From Neocallimastix sp. 'constans' (Eukaryota), in NCBI GenBank assembly GCA_050613775.1, contig JBODTK010000134.1, forward strand, positions 310,001-374,000: a stretch of 64,000 nt of DNA. The letters run 5' to 3'. The position numbers and the translations under genes were made by a program. Position 1 is the stretch's first letter. The number at the start of each line of letters is the position of its first letter. The notes beneath the pieces were generated by a model. That model made no database searches. It saw nothing but the letters and a program-made list of their open reading frames with translations, and had not been told where the DNA came from. This document shows, one piece after another, positions 14,746 to 28,592 of this stretch.

Positions 14746-16067
14746 TTAATAATAATTAATAAAGTTAGTAGAAATATTATTGTTTGAATAATTATAATTA
14801 TTGGCACTATAATTGGATTTACTACGATTTGGTACATCATAACTTAATGAGGCGTTATTATAAAAATCTTGAAGATTATTATTTAGAATGCTATTACTTT
14901 GTTCATTATTTGATAAACTATTAGAATAACTATTATTAACATAAGTAAATGATTCATTATAATCATATATCTGAGGAGCAATATTAGAAACAGTTGAGTG
15001 TTGAGATCTATTAGAAAGACTGTAACTACTGAAGTTATATGATTCAGATAATTGTGAATGATGAGATTTCTTTGGATAATTTAATGTAGAGTTTTTAGAA
15101 CCTTTTGAACCATTAAATCCCTTATTGTATGGATCTGAAGCTTTTATTTTATGTGAAACTTTATTTCTTGTATTTATTGATTTTTTATTATTACTATTTA
15201 ATTCTTTATATTTTTTTACCATAGAAATACCATAATAAATTAAACCACAGATTACTATAATACCAACTATGCCAAAAACGACTAAAAGAAGTGGAATTTT
15301 ATTTCCTTCAACACTCTATTTTATTTTATTTTATTTTTTTTTTTTTATTTTATAAAGTATAAACAAACAGTAATATTAGTATTAATAATTACGATAGAAT
15401 TAAAATTATTTATTTGTATATTATAAATTTTTCTTATTAAATTATAGTATTATCATAAGAATTTTACATACAAATATATAAATATTAAACTTACTCCTTT
15501 TTTTTGATCCTCACTACTGCCAGTCATATCAGTATTACCCATTTGATATTTTACATTGGAACCAATATATTTAATTTCATTATTAAAGCTATCTAAATTA
15601 ATAGCAAAAGTATTACCATTACTAACAGTTGCTAAGCCAACAATACATTCTGTATTTGATCCATCTTGCTTATAGTTATAAAATATACTTTTAGTATTAC
15701 TATTAAACATATTAATACATTCTTCTTTTGTAATATCTTTTTTTCTTAAATTTTCAATAGTAGAGGCTGCAAATGATTCTCCTATTAATTCTTTATTTGA
15801 AAACTTGAATTTTAAAGTGGTATGTTCATCTTTAGGTAAGTCAAAAAATTTACATAATTTCTCTACATGATTATACTCCACAATATTACAACGATAGTCA
15901 TTCACTTTTGTACAATGTTTAAAACATTCAAGAGGCTCTTCAGCTTTTATTGGACCAGCATTCTTTAAAGCTTTTTTACTATCTTTAAAAAGCTTTGCAT
16001 CCTTAATAACAATGTAATTTGATACTAATGGTTTTGTTTCTGGTATAAAGTCGCTTTTTATATACAT
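14746..16067 (-). CDS. Single-pass membrane protein with PAN/apple-like Cys modules and S/N/Y-rich cytoplasmic tail
   Basis: Exons 16067-15495 and 15315-14746 (GTAAGT..TAG, phase 0). Cys pattern ECFKHC..RCNIVEYN..KLCKFF plus a second degenerate copy; TM helix IPLLLVVFGIVGIIVICGLIYYGISMV followed by KKYK. Confidence 0.72.
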
Positions 16068-17773
16068 TTTGAATAAAATTATTTTATTAATTCTTTATTA
16101 TCTATTTATTTTTATTTATTTACTTTATTAAACTTTTAATTTTTGGCACTTTTTATTTATTTATTTATTTATTATTATTTTATTTTAATTTTATTTTATC
16201 TATTAACAATGGTTTTATTACTTATTTTTAAATAATTTATTTTTATTTAAAATTTACTATGAAGAAGCTTTATTTTTTAATAAATTTTTATTTTATGATT
16301 TTAAAAGGTTAATATTATTTCTTTTTCTTTATTTTTACTTTTTTTTTTTTTTTTTTTTTAAATGTTTATTTGAAATACTTTATTTATTTATTTTTAGTAT
16401 TTCATATATTTTAAATATTTATTAAAAATTAATTTATTAATTTTATTTTATATTATTTTATTTTTTAAATAAATATAAAAAAATTTTTTTTATGTAAAAA
16501 TCTAAGTATTTATATATTTTGTTTTTCTAAACAATCAAATAATACCAATTTTTTTTTTAATTATTTACATATAGTACAAATAAAATAGGTATATTAAAAT
16601 GATTATTGATGATTATAAAATTATAAAAAAAAATATATGTATATATATATTTTATAATGAATAATAATTTTTAAAATTTGTATTTACACAAAAAAAAAAA
16701 AAATTTTTTTTCTTCTTTTTATATAAATACAAAAAAAAAAAAAAAAAAAAAAAAAGAAAAAAATAAATTAAATTAAAATTAATTAAATAATTAATTAATT
16801 ACAAATATGAACTTTATTTAATAATTAAATTTTTAAACACAATCCTTTTTTTTTTTTTGATCAATTTTTTTTATATTCAAAATTCAAAAAAAAATTTTTT
16901 TTTTTAATATAACACGATATGTTTAAAATACACAATGAATTTTTTTTTTTAATAGTACTGATATTAACATAATATATTATAAATATGTTCAATATTAACA
17001 CTTATTTTAAATAAAATAACTTTATAAATATATTAATATATTGAAAAAATAAACTTGAAATATTAATAAAACTCATATTTCTATATTACATCAGTTAAAT
17101 GAATATAAAATAATATATATATATGTATCTACATATAAAAGAAATTAGTTATTAATAATTCTAGATTTTTTATTATTTATATGTAATCTTTTCAGAAAAA
17201 AGAAAATTTTCAAAAAAAAAATAATAGAAAAAGAAATAAAAAAAATAAATGATTAAAAAAGTAATAAAATCAATAATAATTAGTTATTATAATCATAACA
17301 AAAACATATAATTATTCATTTTCTATAAATATTTATTATTAATAAATTATTATTAAATATTTTTTGAATAAAAATAAAAAATATAATTATTTGGATATAT
17401 TGGCCATTATTTAATTTATTATAAAAAATATAAAAAAATTTTATTTTTTATAATTTATATTAAAACAACCAATATGTATCAAGCCATTATTAAATAATAT
17501 TAAAACATATAATATAAATTAAAGTTTGGTGTAACAACATTTTAATAATACAGTTGTTATAATAATATAAAAAACAATGACTTTATATATAATTACTTTT
17601 ATAATATTTAATTTTAATTTGTATCTCCCGTTTTATATTTTTATTTTTTATTTCTTTTTAAGGTTATTGGTATATATATTATATATATCTAATATTAGTA
17701 AAAATACAATATTTAATATTATTATTGATCAATAATAATTCATATTTATATACTAATCAAATAATAATAATAA

Positions 17774-17804
<31 letters not shown>

Positions 17805-19810
17805 TAATAATAATAATAATAAAGATAATAACAATAACAATAATAATATTAATAATAATTATAATAATAATAAAAATAATAATTATAAAGGTTTTTAATA
17901 GAATAATAAAACTAAACTTCTATTAAAAGTCTTTATAATTATTATAAATAATAAAACTAAACTTTATATATAAAGAAACAATACAAACTAATAATATATT
18001 AAATATATATTTTTTTTATAATATATATAACGCAATATTTCCAAAATAATACTACTTAATGTTAACATTGACTAAATCTTTCCAAATAAATTCATATATT
18101 TCTCAAATATATAAAAAAGAAAAAAATAATGATAAAGCTATTTTCATAGATTTTATAAATATTAATCATAAAAGAAAAAAAAATTATATTTTGCTTTTAG
18201 TAATTATAGTTAATATATAAATCTAACATTCCAAGAATATATATTAATATTATCATTTTTATTTATTGCTATTTATTAAAATTTTACTGATAAAATTCAA
18301 AATTCATTAAAATTTTTATGAAAAATATTTTAATTGTAAAATTTATCCAAAAGTTTTAAGTATTAAATATTCATGATATTCATTAAATTAAAAACGATAT
18401 CTTTGTTTCTTTATCTCGTTTCTTTTTTTTTTTCTTTTGCCTAATATTAAAAGCAATAATATTAATTAATTAATTATATATTTTGAATATTTTTCCCCTT
18501 TATTTTCTGTAATTATTAATACAATAATATAGTATAATCAGACATTGCTAAAATTAATTCATTAATTTTTAATTTTTTTCTATCTTTACTTTTTTTATTT
18601 TTTTTTTTTTTTTTTTTTTAATTAAAACAATAAAATTAGCATTAATATAAAGTATTATTTAATTACTATTTATAATAATTTAATATTCATTTATGAATTA
18701 TTAAATATTAATATTATTAATAACCTTGACCAATACCAGTAGTGGCCGTTACATATAATTTATACCATGTTAATTTGAAAATCATCTATATTTTACTTAA
18801 TTATTGAAATATTAATTAATAACTTCATATTAATTCAAAAGTTGACATTATTCATTTTATTATTGAAATTTATTTTAATTAATTTTAATTAAATATATAT
18901 TTTTTTATTTTGTATTTTCAATTAAGTTATTAATTATATATTTTTATGATATTAATATATCATATCCACGTATTTTTTTTTTTTTTATGAACATATAATC
19001 ATTTTTTTATTATTTCACTATTTATACATAGAAAAAATTTTTTTTGAAATAAAAATAATAAGTAAATAAATAAATAAATTATATATATTAATTATGTTAA
19101 GTATCATATCCATATATTTCTTTTTATTTTTTATTTAATTGCAAGCATTAACTCTCTATTTTTTTTCTCTTGTAATACATAAGACATAAATGTAGTTTCT
19201 TTTTTTTTTTTTTTTTTTTGAGATAAAAATATTAAATAAATAATAGTAATATATAGTCAAATAAAAAGTTTATAGTTTAACTAAAAACTATTAATATAAA
19301 ATAATAAAAAATATTGAAAAAATATCAAAATTAATAATTTAGGTTAAATGATATATAAACTCTGCCGTCAATTTTTTTAATATTTTGTTTTGGTTTTTAA
19401 TTTTTAATTTTAATTTTTTATTAATATTTTATTTTAAATCATGTTTCCAATTAAAAAAAAAAAAGATATACATATAAATTATTATTATTTAACAAATTAA
19501 AAAGTATTCTAATTAATATTATTATTTTTCAATAAATTATACATATATTAAAAATAATCATATTCAAAAAATACAATAAAAATAATATTATATTATATAT
19601 GTATCTTTCTTGTAAGGCTTTTAATTTTTGAAAAATAATTAATATTTATAAACTAATTACTAAACCTAACAATATATAAAATATAAAATTATTTTTATAT
19701 TTGATTATATTTTCATAAATAAATATGAGTTATCTATGATCTTTGAGTTAGTGTTTTTAATTTCATATTTAAATGTATAAAAAATATTTTTTTAAATATA
19801 TTATGAAATT

Positions 19811-19847
<37 letters not shown>

Positions 19848-20881
19848 AATATTCTTATTAAATTATTAAATTTATATTTTTTTTTCATGTATATATAACA
19901 TTTTTACAGAAATCAATATAAATATTATATAAATTCATACTATAAAAAAAAAAAAAAAAAAAAAAAAAATTTTTAATTATTGTATTATTAATAAATACAA
20001 TAAAATATTATAGCAAGTAAATTTTAATCATATTTATATTTTATTAATAAATTTTTTAAAATTTATCCAATAAATTTATTTATTTTTGTACCCATAAAAA
20101 ATTAAAAATATATAAAAAAAATAAAAAACAACATAAAAAAAAAACATGCTTTTTTTATATAATTTTTAAAAAGTAATATAAAATTTATTAATTAATATTT
20201 ATAAATTAATAATTAAATTAAAACTCTATTATTATTATTATTATTATAATATTTTACAACTTTTTAACTTTTTTTTTTTTTTTTTTTTCAAATATAACAA
20301 TATTTTTTTTTATCCACGTAATATTAATAAAAAAATAAATATATATTTAATTAATAAAAAATTAATACTTTTTAATTTATATACTAATATTTTAAATTAA
20401 TAAAAAATATATTATTATTAAATAAATTTAATAAATAATATTTATTAATATTTAATATTTATATAATTTTTTTTTTAAATATTACCAATAATTGATATCA
20501 ATAAAAATATGAATTTTTGGTTTGAAACTGTATGTAAATTATTAATTCAGATTTACAATATTAATTATAAAAAATAGTTTCCAAGATTTTTTATTTTATC
20601 TTTATCTAAAATTAATTAAAAAAATTTAGCTAAAATAGAGAAATAATTATAATTAATTATTAATTTATATTAACAATAATAATTATAATAAATAGTTTCC
20701 AAGATTTTTTATTTTATCTTTAATCAAAATTAATTAAAAAGATTAAGCTAAAATAGAGAAACAATTATAATTGATGATTTTCATTAGTTAATTATTAAAA
20801 TATATCAAATTTAAATAGAGTATTATATTGTTATGACTTTATACTTTGTTGTATATTACATGATTGTCATTATTTTGAAAC

Positions 20882-20920
20882 TTATAAATTATATTAATAA
20901 TAATGAAATTAAAAAATTAA

Positions 20921-20959
<39 letters not shown>

Positions 20960-20993
20960 TTGTTAATTTCATTATTATTAATAAAATTTATAA
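20882..20993. repeat. Fold-back inverted repeat (about 31-40 bp arms) around a poly(T) tract
   Basis: 20882-20912 matches the reverse complement of 20963-20993 with one mismatch. Confidence 0.75.
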
Positions 20994-22149
20994 AAGTAAT
21001 TAATTATAAATTATTTAATATATTAATTCTTAAATACTTATAAATTAGTAAAAATTTTCATATCATAATAATTTATTATAATAATTAATAGTAGATTAAA
21101 ATATAATTATTATCTGTATATTTAATAATAATAATAATAATAAAAATGTACAATAAATCAAATTACTTATAGTTATTATTTTATATGATCAAAAAAAAAT
21201 GATTTATTAAAAATTAATATTTTATGAAAAGAATAATCGTTACTATTATAATAGGAATAATCAATAGTTAACGGTCTTTCTATTTTTTAATTAATATGCT
21301 TTAGATCTATGTATAATAATGCCATTAAAAAAAATAATATGTAAATAATACTAATTATACTGAATCATTAAGAATTAATATATAATTATAATATATTTAT
21401 AATTAAAATAATTATAATAAATCTATTGAGAAACAATAAATAATTATATAATTGTTATAATTTAATATTATAACAATTAATTTCAATATACTTTATTCAT
21501 TATAATTATTTATATTTGGAATTATGTCTATTATTAATTACTAAAAAACCTTCAATTATATAAATATAATTTAATATTAATTATTTATAACTTATATAAA
21601 ATGATTTAATATATTTATATATATTATATTATAATAGAATTTAAACATTTTATTTATTTAAAGTCAATAAGAAAAATAATTATAAAAAATAATATATAAT
21701 TATATAAATAATTATTGTTATTTTATCTGTTATAATTATTATTCATAATTCATATGGATAAAAGTTCAAATTATGATGGAAAGGCTATTCTTTTCTATGG
21801 CACCAAAAACAATAAAATGATGATAATTTTATAGATGTTCTTGGTATAAATAATTGTATGAAGAATAACTTTTATTAAAATTCCATAAAGTAAATAAAGA
21901 TTTATTACTATTAAATGATAACCTTGAAAGTGTTGAATGAAAAAATATATATATATATTTTATATATATATATATAATATTTTTTTTAATTTTCCCTAGG
22001 TATATAAATTTTTTTAAATTAATTTATTAAATTTAATGTGAAAATTATTGACACATTAAAAATTACTATTTAAAAATTTATTATAAATTTAGATGGTTAT
22101 TAAAATTTATTAAAAATTCATTTAATAAAAATTTATATAGTGATAATTG

Positions 22150-22217
<68 letters not shown>

Positions 22218-23105
22218 CAGAATTGGAATTATAATTGTGATTTTTTTTTTATTTTAGCTATCTTTTTTTTTTTTTTTTTTTTTGAACAAGTATAACAATT
22301 TTAATATAACAATTTAGTTATCATTTTATTTTTTTTACATATATTAATTATTAATTATTATCTATTTATTAATCATTTATTTCGTTTATTAATTACTAAA
22401 CTAATTATTAATATTTAATATTTTATTTGTACTATATTAATTTTATTTTATTTTATATTTATTAGTAATTATTGATATTTATTTAGGAAATACAAAAAAA
22501 AAAATTTTTTTCAAATTAATTTTATATGAAATTACTTTTTTTGTTGAATAAACCATATCAAAATAAAATAAAATAATAATAATAAATAATTAAATAATAA
22601 ATAATATATTAAATATTAAACCAAAAAAGTAAAGATTTTAATGCAATTTTTTTTTTTTTTAATTATATTTAATATGGAATAAACTTTTGTACAAAAGAAT
22701 GTTGAGTTCAATGAATTCTCCGTTAACATTTTTCAAAATAGAAATTTTTTAAAAAAAAAAAAAAAAAAAAAAGAAAAAGAAAAAATAAAAAAAAAATTTT
22801 TTTTTTATTAATTTTAATTAAATTAATTTTTTTTTTTTATGTTAAATATGATTTCATCATTTGAACCAATAAATTATTAATAATATAAAAAAAACAATGT
22901 AATTTTCAATATTAAAAAAAAAATTTTTTGTATACAACATATACTCATATGTACATATATAGAAATTAAGAAATTAAATATGATTTAAAAATTATAATTT
23001 TAAAGTTTTAATTTATTGATAAATGTTTCAAAATGCAATGTGGAACAAATATAAATAAAATCGAAATAGAAAACCTCAAAAAATTTATTATAAAAATAAT
23101 AACAA

Positions 23106-23136
<31 letters not shown>

Positions 23137-24579
23137 AAAAAAAAAAATTGAAAATTGAAAATTGAAAATAAAAGCTTTAAAATATAAAAAAAAAAAAAAA
23201 AAAAAATTAGTTTTATTTCAATATAATTAGTTCTCCAATACAAGATATTTGTTTATTTATTATTCTATTTTATTACATTTTCAATTCAAATTTTTATTTT
23301 TTATTCCAATTTTATTAATTTTATTTATTAGAAAAAAATTGATATATCTATCATTCATATATTCATATATATATATATATATATAAGAAAATATAAATAT
23401 AAATAATATATGCGATATTCATATAATTATTACTATTATTTCTTTTATTACTAATAATAACACATTCATTAAAAGTTAATAAAGGTGTAATCTTTTCTGG
23501 TTCAAAAATATATATATATATATAATAAGAAAAAAAAATATATATATTTATATATAAATCTATTTATTTATCTATCTATCTATTTATATATATATTTTTT
23601 AATATATATTTTAAACTTTAAAATTATTTAAAATGATCTTATATTAGCCTTTTTTAAAAATATAAGATATCATTTAAATAATTTTAGATATTAGCTTTTT
23701 TTAAAAATATAAGATATCATTTAAATAATTTTAAATGTTAAATATATAAATATGAATATTTACTAATATCATTTTTTTCTTATTTTTTATTTTATTTTTT
23801 TTTTTTTTATATTTTAATTTTCTTTATTTCATTATTTTATTTAGATATGTATGTTAGATTTTCAAACTAAAATTCTATTCATCAAATTACAAAAAAATAA
23901 AATTTTCATATGAAGTGTATGAAATTACAGTTATATATTGCAATATTTTATATAAATAGAATTTAATATTTTTATAATAATATAAAAGAGGCCTTACCAA
24001 TAAAAGGAAATTAAAAAAAAAAATACATTAATACTATTAATACTAATATAGTAATAATTAAAAAATTATTTTATATATATATATATATAAAATAGGAATT
24101 CTAAAACAGGTTTTTTAGGTAGAATTTTTTTAATAAAAAAAAGAAAGGTTTTATAATTTAGTAATATTTTAGTTTTCTTGTATATATAATGAAGGAAAGT
24201 TATATTTATAAAAAAAAAAAAAAAAAAAAAGGTGTATTTTAATATATAAAAAATTAAACAAAAAAAAAATTTTTATTTTAGTATAATTAAATTTATAATT
24301 TTAAATAATAATAAATCTTGTATTAAATTTTATATTAAATAAAGTTTTCATTAAAAAAATCCTTTGTACATTATTGAGTACTGATAGTAGGGCTTTTTAA
24401 AATAAAAAAAAAAAAATAATAATAATAATAATTAAAACCTTTTTTATTTTAATATATTTTAAAAACTTTTTATATGATTACCCTAAAAATTTATAAATTT
24501 ATTTAAAAATAATAAATAAATAAATAAATATATTAGGTCTTTAAATAGAAAAATTAATATTTGATTTTAAGAAAGATCT

Positions 24580-25220
24580 ATTTTTTTCTTTTTTAGACAA
24601 GGAAAGATCATCACAATAAAGATCATCACAAGTTGATTTACTTACCATAGGTTTTATGTTCGGAACTGCGCTGTTAGTAAATGTGTATGGATGAGAATTA
24701 ACAGGACTACTAACTGCACTATCCCTTTGCCATATCGGTTCGACATCGGCGCTCTTAGTAATGAAGGTTTTTTTTTTTTGCTAAACCCCTCAAAAAGTTA
24801 ACTCAAGAGAGCTACTAATAATTGGTATTGTATTAGCAAGATATTCCCCAAGCCCTACAATATACGGAACAGTAGACCCCTGTGAATTTTTTAGGAGTTG
24901 TTCACTTAGAATGTCTCTGTTCCCCAGTACGAAATTGTAGCTCATCTAAAGCTGAAATTCCACCAAGAAGGAATATATTAATATACCTGTTTATGAAATT
25001 TTCCTACTCTAAAATATTAGAATAAGAAGGAAGTAAGGAAAGATTCCTTACTTTATTGGTTTATCTCCAAGAGATTTACCAATGAAATCAAAAAAAAAAG
25101 GAGAAAAATCTGGTTACTATAAACAAAGTCATTATAAATCATCATCCTATTTAACCTCACCACTATTAAATTCATACTCTAACGAATTATGTTAATCAAT
25201 TTCAAAAAAGACCTTCTCTG
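24580..25220 (-). mobile_element. 5'-truncated LINE 3' remnant with poly(A)
   Basis: Minus strand reads ..IFLLGGISALDELQF..VPYIVGLGEYLANTIPIISSSLE..KSADVEPIWQRDSAVSSPVNSHPYTF and ends CTTGTCT(A)n; homologous to 53445-53850. Confidence 0.75.
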
Positions 25221-25988
25221 AAATACTATTAAAAGATAAAATATATATATATAAAAAGGGTTATTAAAAAAAATGTTAAAAACAAAAAAAAAAAAAAATA
25301 ATTAATTAATAATAACCACAATATATTATATATTATTTCGAAATTTTATTTTTTCTTTTATATTATTTTTTTTTTTCTTATCCTTTAAAAAACCTTAATA
25401 AATTAAGAAAAAGAACTTGTTAAAAATAAATGATAAATATTAAATTATTTATTTATTTAGATCAAATAATATGATTGTAAAAGTATATAATTAAAAATTA
25501 TTAAAATTAATAAAAATAATATTTTATTTTATTACAATTAATTTGAATTTAAAGATCTTTTCTAATATTTTATTTTATTACATGTTTATATTTATATTAA
25601 TAATTATATATAAGTTAATTAATTAGGTAAAATATAATTTATAATTTTTATAATAGAATTAGATTTTATGGTGATTTTTAAGTTACTTTTAATAAAAATA
25701 TATTATATTGTATTTATGACAATATTACCATATTAATTTTTTTTTTTTTTTTTTAGTTAAATGTGTATTAAAATCATTTTATTTTATTTGATATATATAC
25801 ATATAAATATATTTTTTAAATAAATAATTTTTATATATTTACATAAATATAAATATATTCCAATTTTTATTTTCAAATATTTTTTATTTTATTTTATTTT
25901 ATTTTATTATTATTTTTTTTTAAAAAATATTTTATTCTATTTGAATTTACTTGAATTTTATTACGATATTTTTCCAATTTATTATTCA

Positions 25989-26333
25989 TTATTCATTATA
26001 TAAATCTTGTAATATATTATATAAACTTTTAAGTTCAGTTTTCCAATCAGTTGATTTTAAAATTGTATTGGAATTATCTTCTTTAGTTCGTACATGAGGA
26101 GTGGCGAGATAACTATTTAATTTCCAAATTTTAACTACATTATCTTGATCAACGGAAGCCATATAAGGAATGGAATGAACAGCATTATTATTAAATGTTA
26201 AAGATACAATAGGTTTTGTAGAGGCTTCGATAACATTGACAGGTATAAAACTACTTTTCTATTGAGTTATATATATTATTATTTAAAATAAACAAAAAAA
26301 ATGATTAAGAGAAATTAATAATTGATTTAAATA

Positions 26334-26364
<31 letters not shown>

Positions 26365-27173
26365 TATTTAATTATTTTTTTTTTCTTCCTTTTCTTTTTT
26401 TCTTTTTTTTTTTTTTATTTTTTTTAAAAGAATTTTTATATTTATTATTGTTATTATTAATTATTTTATTTTATTTTTATTGTTATTATTTTTTTATTTA
26501 TAAAAAATTACTTGTAAATCATAGAAATAAATATTTCCATTATCGGATCCAATAGCAAAAACGGAAGGTCTTGAACTTAACCATTTTACTACGGTAGGAG
26601 TATATTTTACTGGTGGTTCAATAATGATTAATGGTGTGGTCTTAAATAATATATATAAATATATTAAATAAATAGATCAACGGTGATATTAATGATAATA
26701 AATATATATTCAATAAAATACATAAAAAATTTAAAAAGAAATATATATTGAAATTAGAAATATAAAAATATAATATATATATATAAATTAAAAGAAATCT
26801 CATACACAAAATTTTAAAAAAGATAATTTATAAAAAAAAAAAAAAAAAAAAAATTAATTTTTTTTTGAAAAAAATTTTTTTTTTTAATAATAATGTTAAA
26901 TTTGTTTATATTTACTTGTAAGAAGGAATATAATCGAACGGTTCCATCAGATCCACAAGTTAAGAAGAGACTACGATGGAAAGGTGAACATTCAACATTT
27001 TGAATAGGTCCTACATGACGAATATAATGATAATCGGCTGGATTAACTGTTTGAATGCCTTCAGAAGATTGCTGAATAATAATATTAGAAGGTGAACTGG
27101 CAAAGACATCTTTTTCTATATATATGTTATGAATTAAATTTTGCCAAAAGAGAAAGAGAGAATAAGAAAATTA

Positions 27174-27209
<36 letters not shown>

Positions 27210-28147
27210 ATAAAAAAAAAGAAAAAATAATTATATATTTTGTTTAATAATTAGAAATTTAAATTGATGTATTATATAATAAAAAATCATTTATACTATA
27301 GATAATTATAGTATACTATTGTATATTATTATTACAATATTATTTAATAATCATTTAATATTTTTATTTCATTTTATTTTATTTTTTCTTTACCTATTAC
27401 TGGTTTAGGAAGTTGAGTAAAACGACGTAAATTACATTTCATAATATAACCGGGTTCTGTAGTGACAATAAGTTCATCATTTCTTTCACAAGAATAAGAA
27501 ATATCCGTAGCCCCTAAGGGAATACCTTTCTTAATACTGACATTAACTTCACGGATGGTTCTCGGAATATAATTCATGTAGAGATTAGTCATCAATTTTG
27601 GATAAATAAAGGAACTATGAATTTCCCATATCAGTATTTTTCCATCATTTCCAATTGAAAGAATCTTTTTTGTTTTATTTTGTTTTGTTTTGTTTTTTAA
27701 TATTAATATATATTTATATATTATAATTATTAATAAATTAATGTTATTTATAATATGTATATATTTATTATTATTATTAATATTGTTGTTGTTATTTATT
27801 TATTTTTTTTTTTTTTTATTTGAATCTTTTTTTTTTTTACATTATATTGATTATCTCTACTGGATACATCGGTAGAAGAGGAGGGTATCCAGGATAAGCT
27901 AGCTACTGGTTCTTGATGGGTATATTCCGATTGAATAGATTTTAAAATTAAAGTATCTTCCATTTGATTATTTATATTCCATATAACAATATCACCTTTA
28001 TTTTTAATTTTTTAATTTTTAATTATTATTTTTATTATTTTTTTTTTTTTTTGTTATTGTTGTTGTAATAAATATATAATATCATTTAATTTTAACAATA
28101 GTTTTCGTCAAATATTTTTATATTAAATAAGTAAATAAGTAAATAAA

Positions 28148-28178
<31 letters not shown>

Positions 28179-28553
28179 TAATAATAACAAAAAAAAATTG
28201 TTGATTTTATAACATTAATAAAAAGATTCAAAAATAAAAGTTTTTTTTTCTTTATTTTTTTTTTTGTTAAATAAAATTTAGTATTTATAAACATATATAT
28301 ATAATGTTACCATTAAATAAACCACCCAATAAATAAGAGGGAAGTTTAGGATGCCATTTAATAGCCATAATACAACTCTAAATATAACAAAAAAATATTA
28401 AAAAATAAAAAAAAAGAAAAAGAAAAAAGAAAATTTTTTTTAATTATATATATATATATATATATATTTCGTATTATTAAACTGATTTAATAATTTTATA
28501 AATTTTTTTTTTTTATGTATATAAATCATCTATAAATATATATTAAATAATAA

Positions 28554-28592
<39 letters not shown>

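Noticed and set aside
24730..24757. Resemblance to the LSU rRNA segment TTCGATGTCGGCTCTT
   Set aside because: Short and imperfect, flanks are not rRNA-like, and it is better explained as the LINE terminal motif.
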